Assembly: GCA_951406725.2 (NCBI GenBank)
Contig: OX597823.1
Coordinates: forward strand, 100,874,001-100,938,000
Source: Octopus vulgaris
Lineage: Eukaryota
Reading direction: 5' to 3'
DNA: 64,000 nt
In this document: positions 39,214-53,286 of the stretch, piece after piece
Numbering within the stretch: position 1 is the first letter of the stretch
Layout: each line of letters opens with the position of its first letter
Translations under genes and position numbers: made by a program
The notes under the pieces: generated by a model
The model's database searches: none
Told to the model about the DNA's origin: nothing
Seen by the model: the letters and a program-made list of their open reading frames with translations, nothing else

Positions 39214-40464
39214 TTTCGTCTAGTGAAATATAGGAACAGAGAGAGAGATAGAGAAGGAAAGATAAGATGGAGAGGGAGAAGAGAAAGGAGAAAAGCCAGG
39301 GGGGATAGAGAGAGAGACGAGGGGATTGTCCTGAGAGAATAGAGAAAGAGAGAAAATAAAGAGGGGGCGCAACAGAGGTGCAAGAGAGTGTAGTAAAGGG
39401 ACAGGGAGGGTGGTGTAGAGAAAGAAATAAGGGGACAGAAGGGGAAGAGGAAAAGGGGTTTGACCTGTGAAGGAGCGGAGAGGAAAGAGGCAGAGAGAGG
39501 GAGGGGGAGTAACAGAGAGAGAGAGAGAAAGAGGGCGGTATATAGATACAAGAGAGAATGAGTGAAGTTGAGGAACTGAGAGGGGGGGTGAGATGTGAGA
39601 AAATTGATCTGAGAGAGATAGAAATAGAAATGTAAGAAAGAGAAGGAGAGAGTGTGTGGTAAATACGGAGGACAAATTATAAAGATAGAATAGCGCGTAT
39701 TTTTATATCTTTTTTTTTTAATTATTATCTTCTGGTTGAAAGAACACTAATGATAATAAATAAATAATATCTTCCTTACCTTACCGGCTGAGAGAATACT
39801 TACGTGATTCCTTTTTATAAGAAAGGAAGATAGATAGATAAGATAGACCTTTTATATTCCTTAATCGTATTTTGTAAACAAAAGGAATTAGAGTTCCGAT
39901 TTCGTACATGCAAACAATTTAACGATACTTTCTATATTTTCCTAAGCGATTTGGTATTAAGCAGCAAATTTTTCAGAGGCTTTCAGAACACGCAGATATA
40001 CGACATCAAAAACGAAAATATCCTTCTCAAAAATACTGTGTCTTGTTGATTCACAGACAAAGAATAAAATTCACTTCGATTTCGGGAAGTAACACACGTG
40101 CTTTTTAACACGAGGTATGTTCTAGTTGCAAATACTATATCAAAAGCGAAAATATTCTTCTCAAATACAGTGACTTGTTGTACTCTCACTTATATTCGCT
40201 TTGCAGACAATTTCGCTTCTGATAACATCGATCTCTGGAAGGACTTCTTTAATCTTTAGGAGAGACACGTTAACACACACTTGTTGTTAGTTCAGCGCCA
40301 TCTTGTATACATACATATATATATATATATATACATATATACATACATATATATATATATACATATATACATACATTCATATATATATATATACATACAT
40401 ATATACATACATTCATATATATATATACATACATATATACAAACATACATATATACATACATAC

Positions 40465-40548
<84 letters not shown>

Positions 40549-40833
40549 GGAGGCTCAATGGCCCAGTGGTTAGGGCAGCGGACTCGCGGTCGGAGGATCA
40601 CAGTTTCGATTCCCAGACCGGGTGTTGTGTGCGTTTATTGAGCGAAAACACCTAAAAGCTCCACGAGGCTCTGGCAGGGGGTGGTGGCAACCCCTGTTGT
40701 ACTCTTTCGCCACAACTTTCTCTCACTCTCTCTTCCTGCTTCTTGAGTAATGCTGCGATGGACTGGTGTCCCGTCCAGCTGGGGGGAAAATGGGCCCATG
40801 AACCTAGCTAGGCTTGTAAAGGCCGGCGTTTAT
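40549..40833 (+). mobile_element. Second tRNA-derived SINE family
   Basis: A box TGGCCCAGTGG, B box GTTTCGATTCC; downstream TGCGATGGACTGGTGTCCCGTCCAG resembles a conserved SINE central (Meta-like) domain. Confidence 0.8.
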
Positions 40834-40908
40834 CATTTTATATATAAACATACATTAGAAACATACATAGATATATACATACATATATATATATACATAC
40901 ACGCACAC

Positions 40909-40977
<69 letters not shown>

Positions 40978-40992
40978 TATATGTATATACAT

Positions 40993-41272
40993 GGTGGCTG
41001 GCCCCTCGTTATCGAGTATGGCCATTGCACGAAGCTTAATCAATGTTTTTATGGTGCAATGCCTGTGCAAGAAAATTTTTTTAAAGTGAGAAAAGGCTGT
41101 GCATTGAGTCAATCCCACTCACTAAGCACCAGCAGCCATAATCCGAAAAGAAGAACAAGTCAACATCATCGGTAACCACTGAGCCGCAGATTTATGTCGA
41201 AGTTATCCCAGTTACCTGAGTTACTTTCTCCTAGAAGGATGTCTTAACAAATGCTAGGAGTCCTTCACTCCC
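40993..41272 (-). mobile_element. Short bipartite RTE-derived non-autonomous element
   Basis: Minus-strand 5' part (GGACTCCTAGCATTTG...TCTAGGAGAAAGTAACTC) resembles the RTE 5' UTR at 60010-59950; 3' part has a CTCG-ATAA-CGAG stem-loop like RTE 3' ends. Confidence 0.5.
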
Positions 41273-41622
41273 AATGGTTTAATCACGCGATCGGGTATTC
41301 AGTTGCGGCCAAAATGTTCAGAATGGCATTGTTTTCGTCAGAAAAGTAGATTTTTTATATTCTATAATTTTCACAGACAATAAATACGATGTTATTTGTT
41401 ATTGTCTGAGATTTTGGTCTAATTTGAGAGGATAATACAAAAGTCATGGATGATTTAGTGATTTACTGCAAAACCCATGGTGGCCAAAATGATCTGAACG
41501 GTTGCTTTTACTCCGTGTTGTAGTATATTTAACCGATAAACTCTAATATTTTGAATTTGTTTACGTGACGGTTCGTTTACTAAACATTAGTAAGAATATC
41601 TGCAGTGTACTTTGTTAATATA

Positions 41623-42618
41623 ATGCCACTTACTCCTTTACCAATTCGTCAGCAGATTATTAAGCTTCGAAAGAAGGATAATTTAAGTATTAGGTCTATT
41701 GCAAAGATTGTTAACAAGTCAAAAAGTGTTGTTCACGGTGATTGTGGTTCGTGTGAAGCAAGAAAGTTTACAGGTAGGCCAAGAAAAACGACCAAGAGAG
41801 AAGCAAGAAAGTTTACAGGTAGGCCAAGAAAAACGACCAAGAGAGAAGATCGTGCTATGATAAAGTTGGTTAAAAAGGACAGATTTAAAACTGCTGCTGC
41901 TGTTTCTCGGAAAATGAGCATTGTATTGAAGAAAACTTTATCTCGAAAAACTGTGTCTCGTCGTTTAGTTGAACATGACCTACAAGCAAGAGCACCTGCA
42001 GTGAAGCCACTGATCAGCTCCAAGAATAAAAAGTGTCGTCTTACCTTTGCAACCGAACACGTGTTGTGGTCTCAAGAAAAATGGCAAACGGTGCATTTCA
42101 GTGATGAATCTAAGTTTATGTTATTTGGCTCACAGATGGGAAAAGGTATATTTGTCGAAAAGTAGGCGAAAAATTGTCGCCTAAATGCCTTAAGACTAGT
42201 GTTAAATTCGGTGGAGGAAGTGTCATGGTTTGGGGGATGATATCTGGAGATGTTGTGGGCCCTTTGGTGTGATTACATGGAAAGGTAAATGCAGGAGTTT
42301 ATATACAAATTGTAAAAGATCATGTCTTGCCTGTGCTGAGAAATTCAACTAAGCGACCACCCATATTCATGCAGGACAATGCCCCATGTGACAAGGCTAA
42401 GGTGGTCATGAACTTCCTCAAGGCTGAAAAGGTTATAGTTATGGATTGGCCTGCTCAAAGCTCAGATCTCAATCCTATTGAAAATGTGTGGAATATTCTA
42501 GGAGAACATTCAAAAGTCAGAAATCCTAAAACAACAGAGCAATTATGGAATGCCTTCCTCATGCAGTCGAAGATGTCAAAGGGTGATTGAAGCTAAAGGG
42601 CTTCACACTAAATATTAA
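41623..42618 (+). pseudogene. Tc1 DD34E transposase, disrupted
   Basis: HTH, GRPR, FSDES, VMVWG, QDNAP, DLNPIENVW, GLHTKY*; frameshifts and a stop. Confidence 0.92.
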
Positions 42619-42801
42619 ATAATTCCAGTATTCTCTGTTATTTTTTATTATTTTGTTATTTTTTCAAACGTTCTGATCATTTTGGCCACCATGGGTTTTG
42701 CAGTAAATCACTAAATCATACATACCTTTTGTATTATCCTCTCAAATTAGACCAAAATCTCAGACAATAACAATTAATATTGTATTTATTGTCTGTGAAA
42801 A

Positions 42802-44109
42802 TCTATATATATAAAACTCAACTTGTGTGTCTGTGTGTGTATCTGTGTGTGTGTCTGTGTGTTTAACTTCCCGGCACATCTCCTCCTAGCCAACAAACCG
42901 TAGAACCACAAAAAATGGGTCACTTAAAGTTTAGGCGAATGAAAATTGAACTGCGCTATTTCTGTTCCGAAATTCATCTCGCAAGTGCAAAAATCGATAA
43001 TGTGTTTGTTTAGGCCTTATCCCATGCATTGAATAGTGAACTTTACTCAGTCAGCTGTTTGACGTGAACTGTGTTCACCATGCGTAAATTGCATGAAAAA
43101 TAAAACATCAAGATATAAAAACGAATTGCCGTAAACATTGTAGAAATTCGGCAAAGAAATGAATTTTCGGGATGTAGCCTGGAGGGTTTTTTCGTATTAA
43201 TCGTTTGGACTTTGTGAACACATAGCAATTGTTTTCATAACATTGTTAATGCTTTGAATTAAATGTGACCATTTTGCATTGAGTCTGCAGTTTGAATCAC
43301 TTTAACCAAATTTTAGCAGGCCGGATTTTTTATCATCACGATACATCGCCAGCGACTCCCTGAAACTCTTCCCTGAAATCCCCGTTGAGAAATACTGATC
43401 TAAAAGAATAATTCAACAATGCAATTATTTGATGAACAAAAATTTATGAAACGCTTCTACGTACTTCGTATTGAGGAAATGGAACACATAAGCGCAAAAA
43501 TAGAGGGCATTAAATGCTTGATTTTTAAACCAAAATAATTGAATTTTGATTGAACTTCATCCAAGTTTAGCTTAATTCGCAATTGCATAGAATGCACGAG
43601 CGCACGTACGTACATTGTGTAAGAAAGTATTGATTTTGCACACGCAGATTAATCGATTTTCCTCATTTGCACTGCTTTGCTTTCGAATGACGCAGCGTGT
43701 TACAAGTTCAGCGAGATCAGTTACTTACGAGTTGTAACAATTTTTGCTTCCATTTTATTTTACAAAAATGTAATTTTAAATGACTAAACAATCGACTATT
43801 TTTTGTAAGTAAACTAAAACCCTTTTTCGGTCTTTTTTATGGAATAGTTCCATTCATATTCGTCGTTCTGCTTATCATACTAATGCCAAAAAAACGTCGA
43901 CCGACGTTACATCTGACTCGTCATCAGCTCCAGAAAAGAAGAAAATTAAAACAGTCAATTTCTGGGAGCAAAGGGCAGTCTCGGACTGCAGAATGTTCGA
44001 CGAACGCGGGAGCAGATTTTACAGATAGGGGTTGTTTAGACCAGTGGGGTAGTTTCTGTTCTGCCGATTCACGTCCTCATCAAGTTGAAAAGCTGGGCAA
44101 TACTGCTAG
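42802..44109 (+). mobile_element. Non-autonomous Helitron inserted at A|T in the Tc1 right TIR
   Basis: 5' TCTATATATATAAAAC, 3' GGGCAATACTGCTAG; removing it restores GTCTGTGAAAA|TTATAGAAT, matching the left TIR, with no TSD. Confidence 0.92.
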
Positions 44110-44368
44110 TTATAGAATATAAAACAACTTTAATAAAAACTAATACCTACTTTTCTGACGAAAACAATGCCGTTCTGAACATTTTGGCCACAACTGTATA
44201 TACACACATATATATAGACATACACACATATATTCATACACACATATATATACACACACATATATACATACACACATATATTCATACACATACACACATA
44301 TATATATACACACATACATATATACACACACACATATATATATATATATACACATATATATATATATC

Positions 44369-44564
44369 TCTTATGATAAAAGGCAGATTTTCTCTGCCTG
44401 TTCCCATGTTTCTTTTTAATACAATTCTACAATATAGAATTTCTTCAATTGGAATTTATCCCTTATCTCTTATGTCTTATGATAAAAGGCAGATTTTCTC
44501 TGCCTGTTCCCATGTTTCTTTTTAATACAATTCTACAATATAGAATTTCTTCAATTGGAATTTA
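44369..44564. repeat. 90-bp direct duplication
   Basis: 44369-44458 and 44475-44564 read identically. Confidence 0.9.
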
Positions 44565-45519
44565 CCTATGATTTTTCCAAGTAGATTCGATTGGGTCATG
44601 GCATATAAAGTTTTTTCAATTTGACCCCCAATTAAGCAAAAATTCGAGAATACTCAATATTTTACGATTTGCCTCTCTCATTTCAAGTGGTTTACTCCTG
44701 CTATTACCACCACACTTTCTCCTACTTTCTCTTTGCAAGTGTGAAACTATTAAAGTGAAAGTATTATATAATAGGGATGAACTATTAATACTGGTCATCC
44801 TTTTTGCTAGAGGAAGATCCGCTATGGTCTTATATGCTACACCACTGGTTTTCAATTCATATTAATCAAATTAATATTCAATTTTTCACCCTTATTATCT
44901 GTGTGTGTGTGTGTGTATTAGCAATTTGTATAAAATTGCATCAATGACTTGAACTTGAATAAGTGGTTTCACATAAATGGGGATAAATTAAAAAGGTTTG
45001 TTGTTATTATTATTACTGTTTGATTATTGTAATCACGTTTGTTGGTTCCTCGCCAGGGAAACGTTGTTGTGTTGCATTTGTTAAATAATTGTAAACCGTA
45101 ACCCTCCCCCTTTCGGAGAAGGGGCTTTCGTTATTGTTTAAAAATTGAATTGTGTCCTTGTTTGGGGAAATTGACAATATTTTCACCGTCTTTACGGAAG
45201 CATTTTTGTTAAAATGCCTTCGATAGAAGAAAGTCCAAAAATGAATTTCGCTGCAGCCGTACACTTCTATACAAGAGGGAGGACAAGATCCAATTGATCG
45301 AAATTGCAAGAGACGGGCCTACAATTCCAGTCTGTTATATATTTTGAGTATTGTTATCACTAGCGATATCAAGATATAACTTTGTATTTTGTATTTTATG
45401 TGTAGATGTCTATATATAGATGTACATGTAATATGTACGCATATATATATACACATATATACATGCATAATATATCTACCCATACACACATACGCACACA
45501 CACATACATAGGGGCAGTG

Positions 45520-45635
45520 AGTGCCAAACTACGTTCCAAACACATGGTCCTGGGTTCAGTCCCACTGTGTGGTGACTTGGCATGTGTCTTCTGCTGTAGC
45601 TTCAGACCAACAAAAGCCTTCTCAGTGGATTTTGT
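45520..45635 (+). mobile_element. Degenerate SINE head fragment
   Basis: cacatggtcctgggttcagtcccactg matches the SINE B-box region. Confidence 0.65.
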
Positions 45636-45774
45636 ACATATATACAGGCATACATACATATATATACATGCATACGTACATATTCGGCATAAACGCTCTA
45701 CCACTACAACTAATAACTGTTGGGAACACTTTCAAACCTGCCTTACATTCGAACCGGAATCTCAAAAACATTGT

Positions 45775-45900
45775 CCCCTTCAGCACCAAGCTCAACTGCT
45801 CTATCCTGACATGGAGGGTATCAGCAATGAAATCTATAACAAAACACTCATTGACGTTGAAGACAGAATTGCTAAACTGGGTGGAAATGAATTGTCGACG
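45775..45900 (+). mobile_element. Small fragment of a second Helitron RepHel coding region
   Basis: LQHQAQLLYPDMEGISNEIYNKTLIDVEDRI aligns with LHHAQSLHPSMEVGYTDLIYNRALLEIEDTV at ~49770. Confidence 0.6.
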
Positions 45901-46020
45901 CAGGAAACACAACAAAAAACACTCAAACACACATACACGTGTGTGTTTGTTACTGTTGTCAATTGTTGAAAGAAACAAATTGTAAGCTAAGAAGGTGTTT
46001 GTGTGTGTGTGTGTGTGTGC

Positions 46021-46062
<42 letters not shown>

Positions 46063-46787
46063 GTCTGTGTGTCTGTGTGTGTGTGTCAGTGTGTGTGTGT
46101 ATGTGTAGGAAGTGAAGGATAAAAATGTGGACCTTTTATTTCCGTACAGACAACATAACACTATCAACCTCATATCACCACAACAACATTTTATCCCGTC
46201 AAAAACTGATTGATTCTATCCCTTTCACCTACGACCTCAGCTACGTCAGCCGAAAGTTAAATCAACAGAGGATCACGTTTATACCTACAAACGTATGTCT
46301 ATTTTTATAACTGCAACCACATTATATATACCATACTTAACACACACCATGACACACCACAAATGTACCCTGAACGAGATGGACTATTCATTATTATACA
46401 TCAGTTCCACACATTTACCCTGGTTCCATTTCGGACAACTGCACAAAAATTTGCCATTTGACACATGTATGTAAACAAATTCCTTTCTTAAAAATTTCAA
46501 TTCATTTTCTTTTTCAATTTACCTTTCTATACACTTTACACAAATATTTGATTAAACAACTAAAACACTTCACATTTCGAACATGAACGTAAGCTACTTC
46601 CATTCTTACAAATCTAACTTTATTTTCTTGCTTTTAACACAACTTTCAATACACTTTACACACTCTGTCGCTATACTTGCATAAACAATTTCTTTCAGCT
46701 GCAAATATTTCTTTCTTTTCCTTCCACGGTCATTCACATTACAATTTCTATCTTTAAGTAACTTTCACCCTTTCTTTTTCACATAAA

Positions 46788-49700
46788 ATGCTACCGAAAA
46801 AGAGAAGTCGCCTCGGCCGCCATACTGCAGCAGCAGCGGCGCAAAAGGCGATTATCGCAAACGAGTCCTCCGACAAAAAGGCTTTCAGACTTTCACAGAG
46901 CGCCTTACGTTCAGTGCAATCACGAGCTGCTGAAAATTTACAACAGCGCAACGCACGCCTAGCAAAAATGGCTTCATACGATGCTGCTTCCAGGGCTTCA
47001 GAGGGTCTGGAAACAAGGTCGAAGCGCATGGCCATAAAGGCTGCTGCTGTTGCTGCACAAAGGGCTTCACAGAAACAACAAAGGGCCACTCGACTGGCTA
47101 CAAACGCTGCGGCTACTGCTGCTTCAACATTTTCCACACATTCCCACGACTCAGACCAGCACAGCAACGTTCTACATTCCAGCGGAACAGTCGACGCCGC
47201 GATGCTACCCGCGGTCTGACGAGTCCAAACAGCCCTTACTGGCATCTACGGGCTTTCAAGTATGAGCCCAACTTCAATTACTCGATGCACGCTGACATAA
47301 ATATTGGGGAAATGTGAATCAATTGCCAATTCTGTAATGCTAAAAAGTGGGCTGAGGAACCACCTGCAATGTGCTGCTTAAACGGTAAGGTCAGCTTGCC
47401 CCCTCTCGGGAACTGCCAGACCCTTTGAAGGAATTACTTACTGGTTCCACCTCAAGGTCATCAAAATTCCTTCAACTCATCAGGAAGTACAATTGTGCAT
47501 TTCAGATGACTTCTTTCGGGGCTAACGTTGTCAGAGAAACTGGTTGGATGCCTACTTTCAAGGTCCAGGGCCAGGTGTACCACCTTACTGGGTCACTCCA
47601 GCCACTACAAAATTGCAAACCTTCGTTCCTTCAAATTACAATAGGCAACTTGATGTGCGTTTCGGCGTAATTCCACAACCTGCAAACACTGACGCTGACA
47701 ATTTCGACAGGGACGTGCTGCTCAGTCTGCAAAACATGCCTCATGAGCACAACAGCTACATTCGCAGTTTCAAATACGCCTTGGAAACAGCCCCTTCACC
47801 AACATTCACCATTGTCATCGATGCTGACAAAAGACCTTCTGGGGAGCACGCACGCCGATATAACGCTCCTTCGTGCAATGAAGTGGCCATAGTTCTCCAT
47901 GGTGAACAGCACAATAAGCGAGACATAGTTCTTCAAACCCGCGACAGGGACGTGCTGCTCAGTCTGCGTATTAATGAGACGCATCGGTCATATGACGCCC
48001 TGCAGTATCCCCTTCTTTTTACCGTATGGAGAAGACGGGTACCATTTCGGCATTCCTCACCACAAACCAAACGAGCCCACTGCTGCGACATCTAAAACTG
48101 TTTCATGCATGGCTTTTTACTCATACCGCTTCATGACAAGGCATAATGATTTGAACCCCTTGCACAGATCACGGGAACTGTTTCACCAGTTTGCAGTTGA
48201 CATGGCTGCAAAGATGGAGTCCGAGAGACTGTGCTTCATCAAATTGAATCAGAAGCAGCTGCGCTCAGACTCCTACATCCATTTGCGTGATGGCATCAGG
48301 AATGACACTGACGCTCGCAATATCGGCAAAATGTGCATTCTCCCCTCAACCTATACAGGGGGCCCACGGTACATGCACGAGCGAACACAAGACGCTATGA
48401 CTTACGTTCGGCATTATGGGCAACCCGATTTATTCATTACCTTTACATGTAACACAAAGTGGGTTGAGGTAACGCGAGAACTTCTCCCAGGGCAGCAGTA
48501 CTGTCATCGCCATGATATTATTGCAAGGGTTTTCAGGCAGAAACTGGCTAAGCTCATTCATTTAATAAAAAAAGGGGTAGGTTTTTGGGCCTGTTAACTG
48601 CCACATGTATACTGTTGAGTGGCAGAAAAGAGGGTTGTCACACGCGCACATTTTGCTTTGGTTGGTCAACAAAATAGACCCAACAGTTCTTGATGATCTC
48701 ATTGCAGCAGAAATTCCGGACCCAACTGTTGACCGGCAGCTGTACAACATTGTGAAGGCACACATGGTACACGGTCCGTGCGGTCCTGGTTTTCAAAAGT
48801 TCTCCTCATGCCACAAAGACCACGTGTGCACTAAACGGTACCCAAAAAGGTTCGTGAACGAGACCCAGACCGGCCGCGACGGATACCCACTGTACAGAAG
48901 AAGGCACCCTGACAATGGTGGATTCAAGTGGATAATAGGTGGGTAGTACCGTACTGTCCATTTCTGATGAAAACTTTTAACGCTCACATAAATGTGGAGT
49001 TCTGTCATTCAGTCAAGTCTATAAAGTATATATGTAAATATGTTAACAAGGGTTCTGACGCTGCCATGTTTGGCCTTCAAAAGGATAATAGCATGGACGA
49101 GGTGTCACAGTACTTGGCAGGTCGGTACATAAGCAGTGGTGAAGCTTTTTGGCGGATATTCGGGTTTCCACTTCACCAAAGGCACCCCGCCATCATACAA
49201 CTAGTGGTTCATTTGGAAAATGGCCAGCGAACTTACTTTACTGAACAGACTGCAGCTGAATTGGCGGCAAATCCAAAACAAACAACTTTGACCGGTTTCT
49301 TTAGGCTTTGCCAACATGACACATTTGCTAAAACACTTTTATACCATCAGGTCCCGTCCTACTACGTGTGGTCAAACAACAATTGGGTGCGTAGGAAGTC
49401 GGGTCAGGATGTTGAAGGACATCCTGGTGTCAAGTTTAACAGTTGTCTAGGAAGAGTCTATACTGTACCTCCAAACCAAAATGAGTGTTTTCACCTGCGC
49501 CTTCTCCTACATGAGGTTTTAGGCCCACAAAGTTTTCAAGACATCAGAACTGTTGATGGTGTATTATGTGATACTTTCCACGAAACCTGTTTTCGGCGTG
49601 GACTTTTGGAAGATGATTCACAATGGGGCGCCACTATGGCGGAGGGTGTTTCATTAAAATCTCCTAAAAAAAATCAGATCGCTTTTCGCTATTCTACTAC

Positions 49701-52189
49701 TATGGTGTGACTTGGCTGATTCCGCCTCTTTATGGCTTACCTACAAAGATTATATGTCTGAAGATTTCCTGCATCACGCTCAATCGCTACATCCATCAAT
49801 GGAGGTCGGGTACACTGACCTCATTTACAACAGGGCGCTGCTTGAAATCGAAGATACTGTACTTGATATAAACGGTAGTGCCTTGCCGGTCTATGGCCTA
49901 CCTTCAACAAACCGGGAAGGCACAAACACTCTGTCTTCACATTTGCTGCGTGAGACATGTTTTAATGTTGACGAGCTTGCCGAGTACATAGCCGACAATG
50001 AGCCAAAGCTCCTTCCAGAACGGAAGTTCGCTTACAACTCCGTTGTTAATTCAGTCCGGGCCAAAGCTGGGGGGGATTTTTTTCCTGGACACTCCTGGGG
50101 GCACTGGGAAAACTTTTGTCAACAAATTAATATTGGCTGAGATTAGGCGAACACAAGGCATTACCCTAGCTATGGAATCATCTGGAATTGCGGCTACTTT
50201 GTTGCCAGGCGGCAGGACAGCTCACTCCACTTTCAAGCTCCCGCTTGACTTAGCGAAGACTGAGACACCAACTTGCAACGTCAGTAACAGCTCCGATCAG
50301 GCAGAAGTCTTCAGACGATGCAAGCTTATCGTTTGGGATGAATGCACGATGGCCCACAGAGGTGCTCTTGAGGCACTAGATAGATCTCTCAGAGACATCA
50401 AACACTCTTCAGCTCCCATGGGAGGCATAACACTTCCGACAAACACTTTCCGTTATTCCCAAAGGGACTAGAGCTGATGCAGTAAGTGCGTGTCTTAAGT
50501 CATCCACATTGTGGCCACTGGTGAAGACTCTCAAACTTCACACCAATATGCGTGCTCATATGCGACGTGATATCACATCAGCAGCATTTTCTCACACCCT
50601 CCTTGCACTTGGCGAAGGCAAAATACCAGGGGATGAAAATGGTAATATTGCCATCGATTCCATTTGTACCATTGTTAAAACGCCTTCTGATCTCAGAGAT
50701 GCAGTGTTCCCAGATCTACAAGCTAATATGGATTGGATTGGCCAAAGGGCTATTCTGGCCCCGAGGAATAAAACTGTTCACCATATTAATGATGAAATGC
50801 TAAAACTCATTCCTGAGGATGTCTATGTATATAAGTCTATCGATACAACTCCTGACCCAGATGACGTCATCAACTATCCAATAGAGGTACTCAATTCCTT
50901 TGAGCCCCCCGGACTACCACCACACATTCTCAAACTTAAAGTTTGTGCCCCTATAATGCTCATTAGAAATTTGGTTCTCCCAAAACAATGCAATGGAACA
51001 CGTTTGATTGTTAAGTCCTTATCTCCCAATCTGATTGAGACCACCATTATCACAGGGTGCGGTCGAGGCAACGTTGTGCTCATACCTAGGATGCATCTTT
51101 TTCCATCAGGAGCAGACCTACCTTTCATATTTCGGAGGTCCCAGTTCCCAGTAAGGCCATGCTTCGCAATGTCAATTAACAAAGCGCAGGGTCAAACGCT
51201 GTCTGTGGCGGGAATACATTTGGGAGAGCCATGTTTCTCTCATGGTCAGCTTTATGTTGCCTGCTCGCGTGTCGGCAGCAACAGTGATGCTTTCGCATTC
51301 GTTCCACAACGAAAAACAAAAAACATTGTGTACAAGGAGGTTTTATAGGATTACTACGTTTCATCATTTTCGAACACGTTAGTATTTCACTTACATACGA
51401 CTCTCTTTTATGATGGCAGTTACATTTTTAGGCGTTTCCTGACATTAATTCACACTTAACCAACACCAGTCCTTCGTTCACCTCTATTTCTATCCATTCA
51501 TCATCAAACCACCAGCCTCATCTTCTATATCCAACGTACATGACACATCTACCCCCTATATCTACACTCTCACTGTTAAAGTTTACATAAGCGACAACAC
51601 GATCGCAACATACACTTTGGAAACTAAGCAACAGATCATTTTATACAACTTCAAATTTAATCATAACGCCCATCAATGAAAACATCTCCACCACTGTGTT
51701 GTGATTCATCTATTCAGCACCACTACAGTCTTACCGGTCTGACATATGGTGAGTAGATGCTATTGTTCTATATTTTCTAAATTACCCATATTTACTTACC
51801 CATGCTTCATTCCCCTCTTGCCTACATAGGGCATCCATTCTCTTTTAACACAGCATGAAGTTTTGTAACAGTACATCCGCTGCCGTTCGTGGAAAACGAC
51901 AAGACCCAATTCACCTGCGAACGTTTTACACCACCTTCCACGACTATCAAATTCTTACAATTATGAGAACAATAACATGGCTCTTTTCAAGGCAACATCG
52001 CATTCAATTCTTACATCATTCTACGAAGGGTTAGGAACCCCTTTACACGGCTTTCTGTACACTTACAAATACATTCATTCGCCGTAAACTTATATCAATA
52101 TTTGCCTGAATAATCATCATAATTCAGTGCAATCATTAAAAGTACTTTCAAGCAATTCAGCCCCGAGCATCGCCAGGCAATTCTGCTAG
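46788..52189 (+). mobile_element. Decayed autonomous Helitron; RepHel (HUH Y2 Rep + PIF1 helicase) 46788-51348 with several frameshifts
   Basis: Ala/Arg-rich N-terminal repeats, Cys cluster, PDLFITFTCN, VEWQKRGLSHAHILLW, KYICKYVNKG, GGTGKTF, IVWDECTM, FAMSINKAQGQT, HGQLYVACSRV; 3' CCCGAGCATCGCCAGGC..CTGCTAG|T. The 5' terminus lies upstream of 46788 and was not identified. Confidence 0.95.
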
Positions 52190-52242
52190 TATATATATAC
52201 ATACAGATATATATGCATATACATATATATATATATACATGC

Positions 52243-52281
<39 letters not shown>

Positions 52282-52298
52282 CATACTTATATATATAC

Positions 52299-52339
<41 letters not shown>

Positions 52340-52456
52340 CATATATATATACATATTCATATATACATACATATACATACAAACATACATACATATATAT
52401 ATATATATATTCATATATACATACATATACATACAAACATACATATACATACGTAC

Positions 52457-52507
<51 letters not shown>

Positions 52508-52558
52508 CATACATGTACATATATATACATACATATATATATATACATATATACATAC

Positions 52559-52635
<77 letters not shown>

Positions 52636-52786
52636 TAAATAATTATATTATTTTTAAATAAATAATATAGTAATATAAATTACTTTCAACATAATATATA
52701 TGTATTTTATTTGATTACTTATTATTTAGACTTTAAATTTATAGTAAATAGTCTTTTAAATTAAATATTTTAATTTTATGTACTTA

Positions 52787-53171
52787 CTAGCAGTATCGCC
52801 CGGCGTTGCTCGGGTTTGTAAGGGAAATAACTATAAAGCATTTTTAGAGAGTTATAGCCAAAATATAGCAAAAAAAATGGAAGAAAATGATGGTAAATTT
52901 TTTTTTAAATCGTTGACTCATCGTAGACATTTTTAGAGAGTTACTTCCCTTATATAATAGCGAAAAAATGCATTAAAATGGAAAAAAATGATGGTAATTT
53001 TTTTTTAAATCGTAGACTCATCGTAGACGCGCGCTAATACCCAGAAGGGCTCGATATGAATCACGACTATAAGATACCCGCTTTTGGTTACACTGTACCG
53101 CAAAATGTGGGAGTAGTTAGGAATCTAAATCGTAGGAGACAGACACACAACTTGACTTTTATATATAAAGA
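52787..53171 (-). mobile_element. Non-autonomous Helitron
   Basis: 5' TCTTTATATATAAAAGTC at 53171; shared 3' hairpin and CTAG at 52787. Confidence 0.9.
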
Positions 53172-53286
53172 TATATTACATTTAACTTATCTTTAATATT
53201 ATTAAACCTTATTTTGTCTTATGCGGCTTATTTATTTTATTGTAGATATTATTTAATAGTATTAGAGTATTTTTTTACTTCTCTTT

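Larger units (their letters stand above)
35275..39700 (-). mobile_element. Near full-length CR1-group LINE (ORF1 + APE/RT ORF2)
   Basis: 3' end with short TTTTAAGGA-type repeats running into (TA)n; CT-rich 5' UTR; 5' boundary approximate. Confidence 0.9.
41300..44196 (+). mobile_element. Tc1 transposon with ~200-bp IR/DR-type TIRs; right TIR interrupted by a Helitron
   Basis: Left TIR 41300-41500; right TIR 42669-42801 plus 44110-44196 ending CAACTG|TA; GGCCAAAATG direct repeats at both ends of each TIR. Confidence 0.93.

Noticed and set aside
40549-40620. tRNA gene
   Set aside because: A and B boxes are present but there is no complete acceptor stem, and the sequence continues into a SINE body
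49998-51348. Host PIF1 helicase gene
   Set aside because: Contiguous with HUH Rep motifs, intronless, frameshifted and followed by a Helitron hairpin-CTAG end
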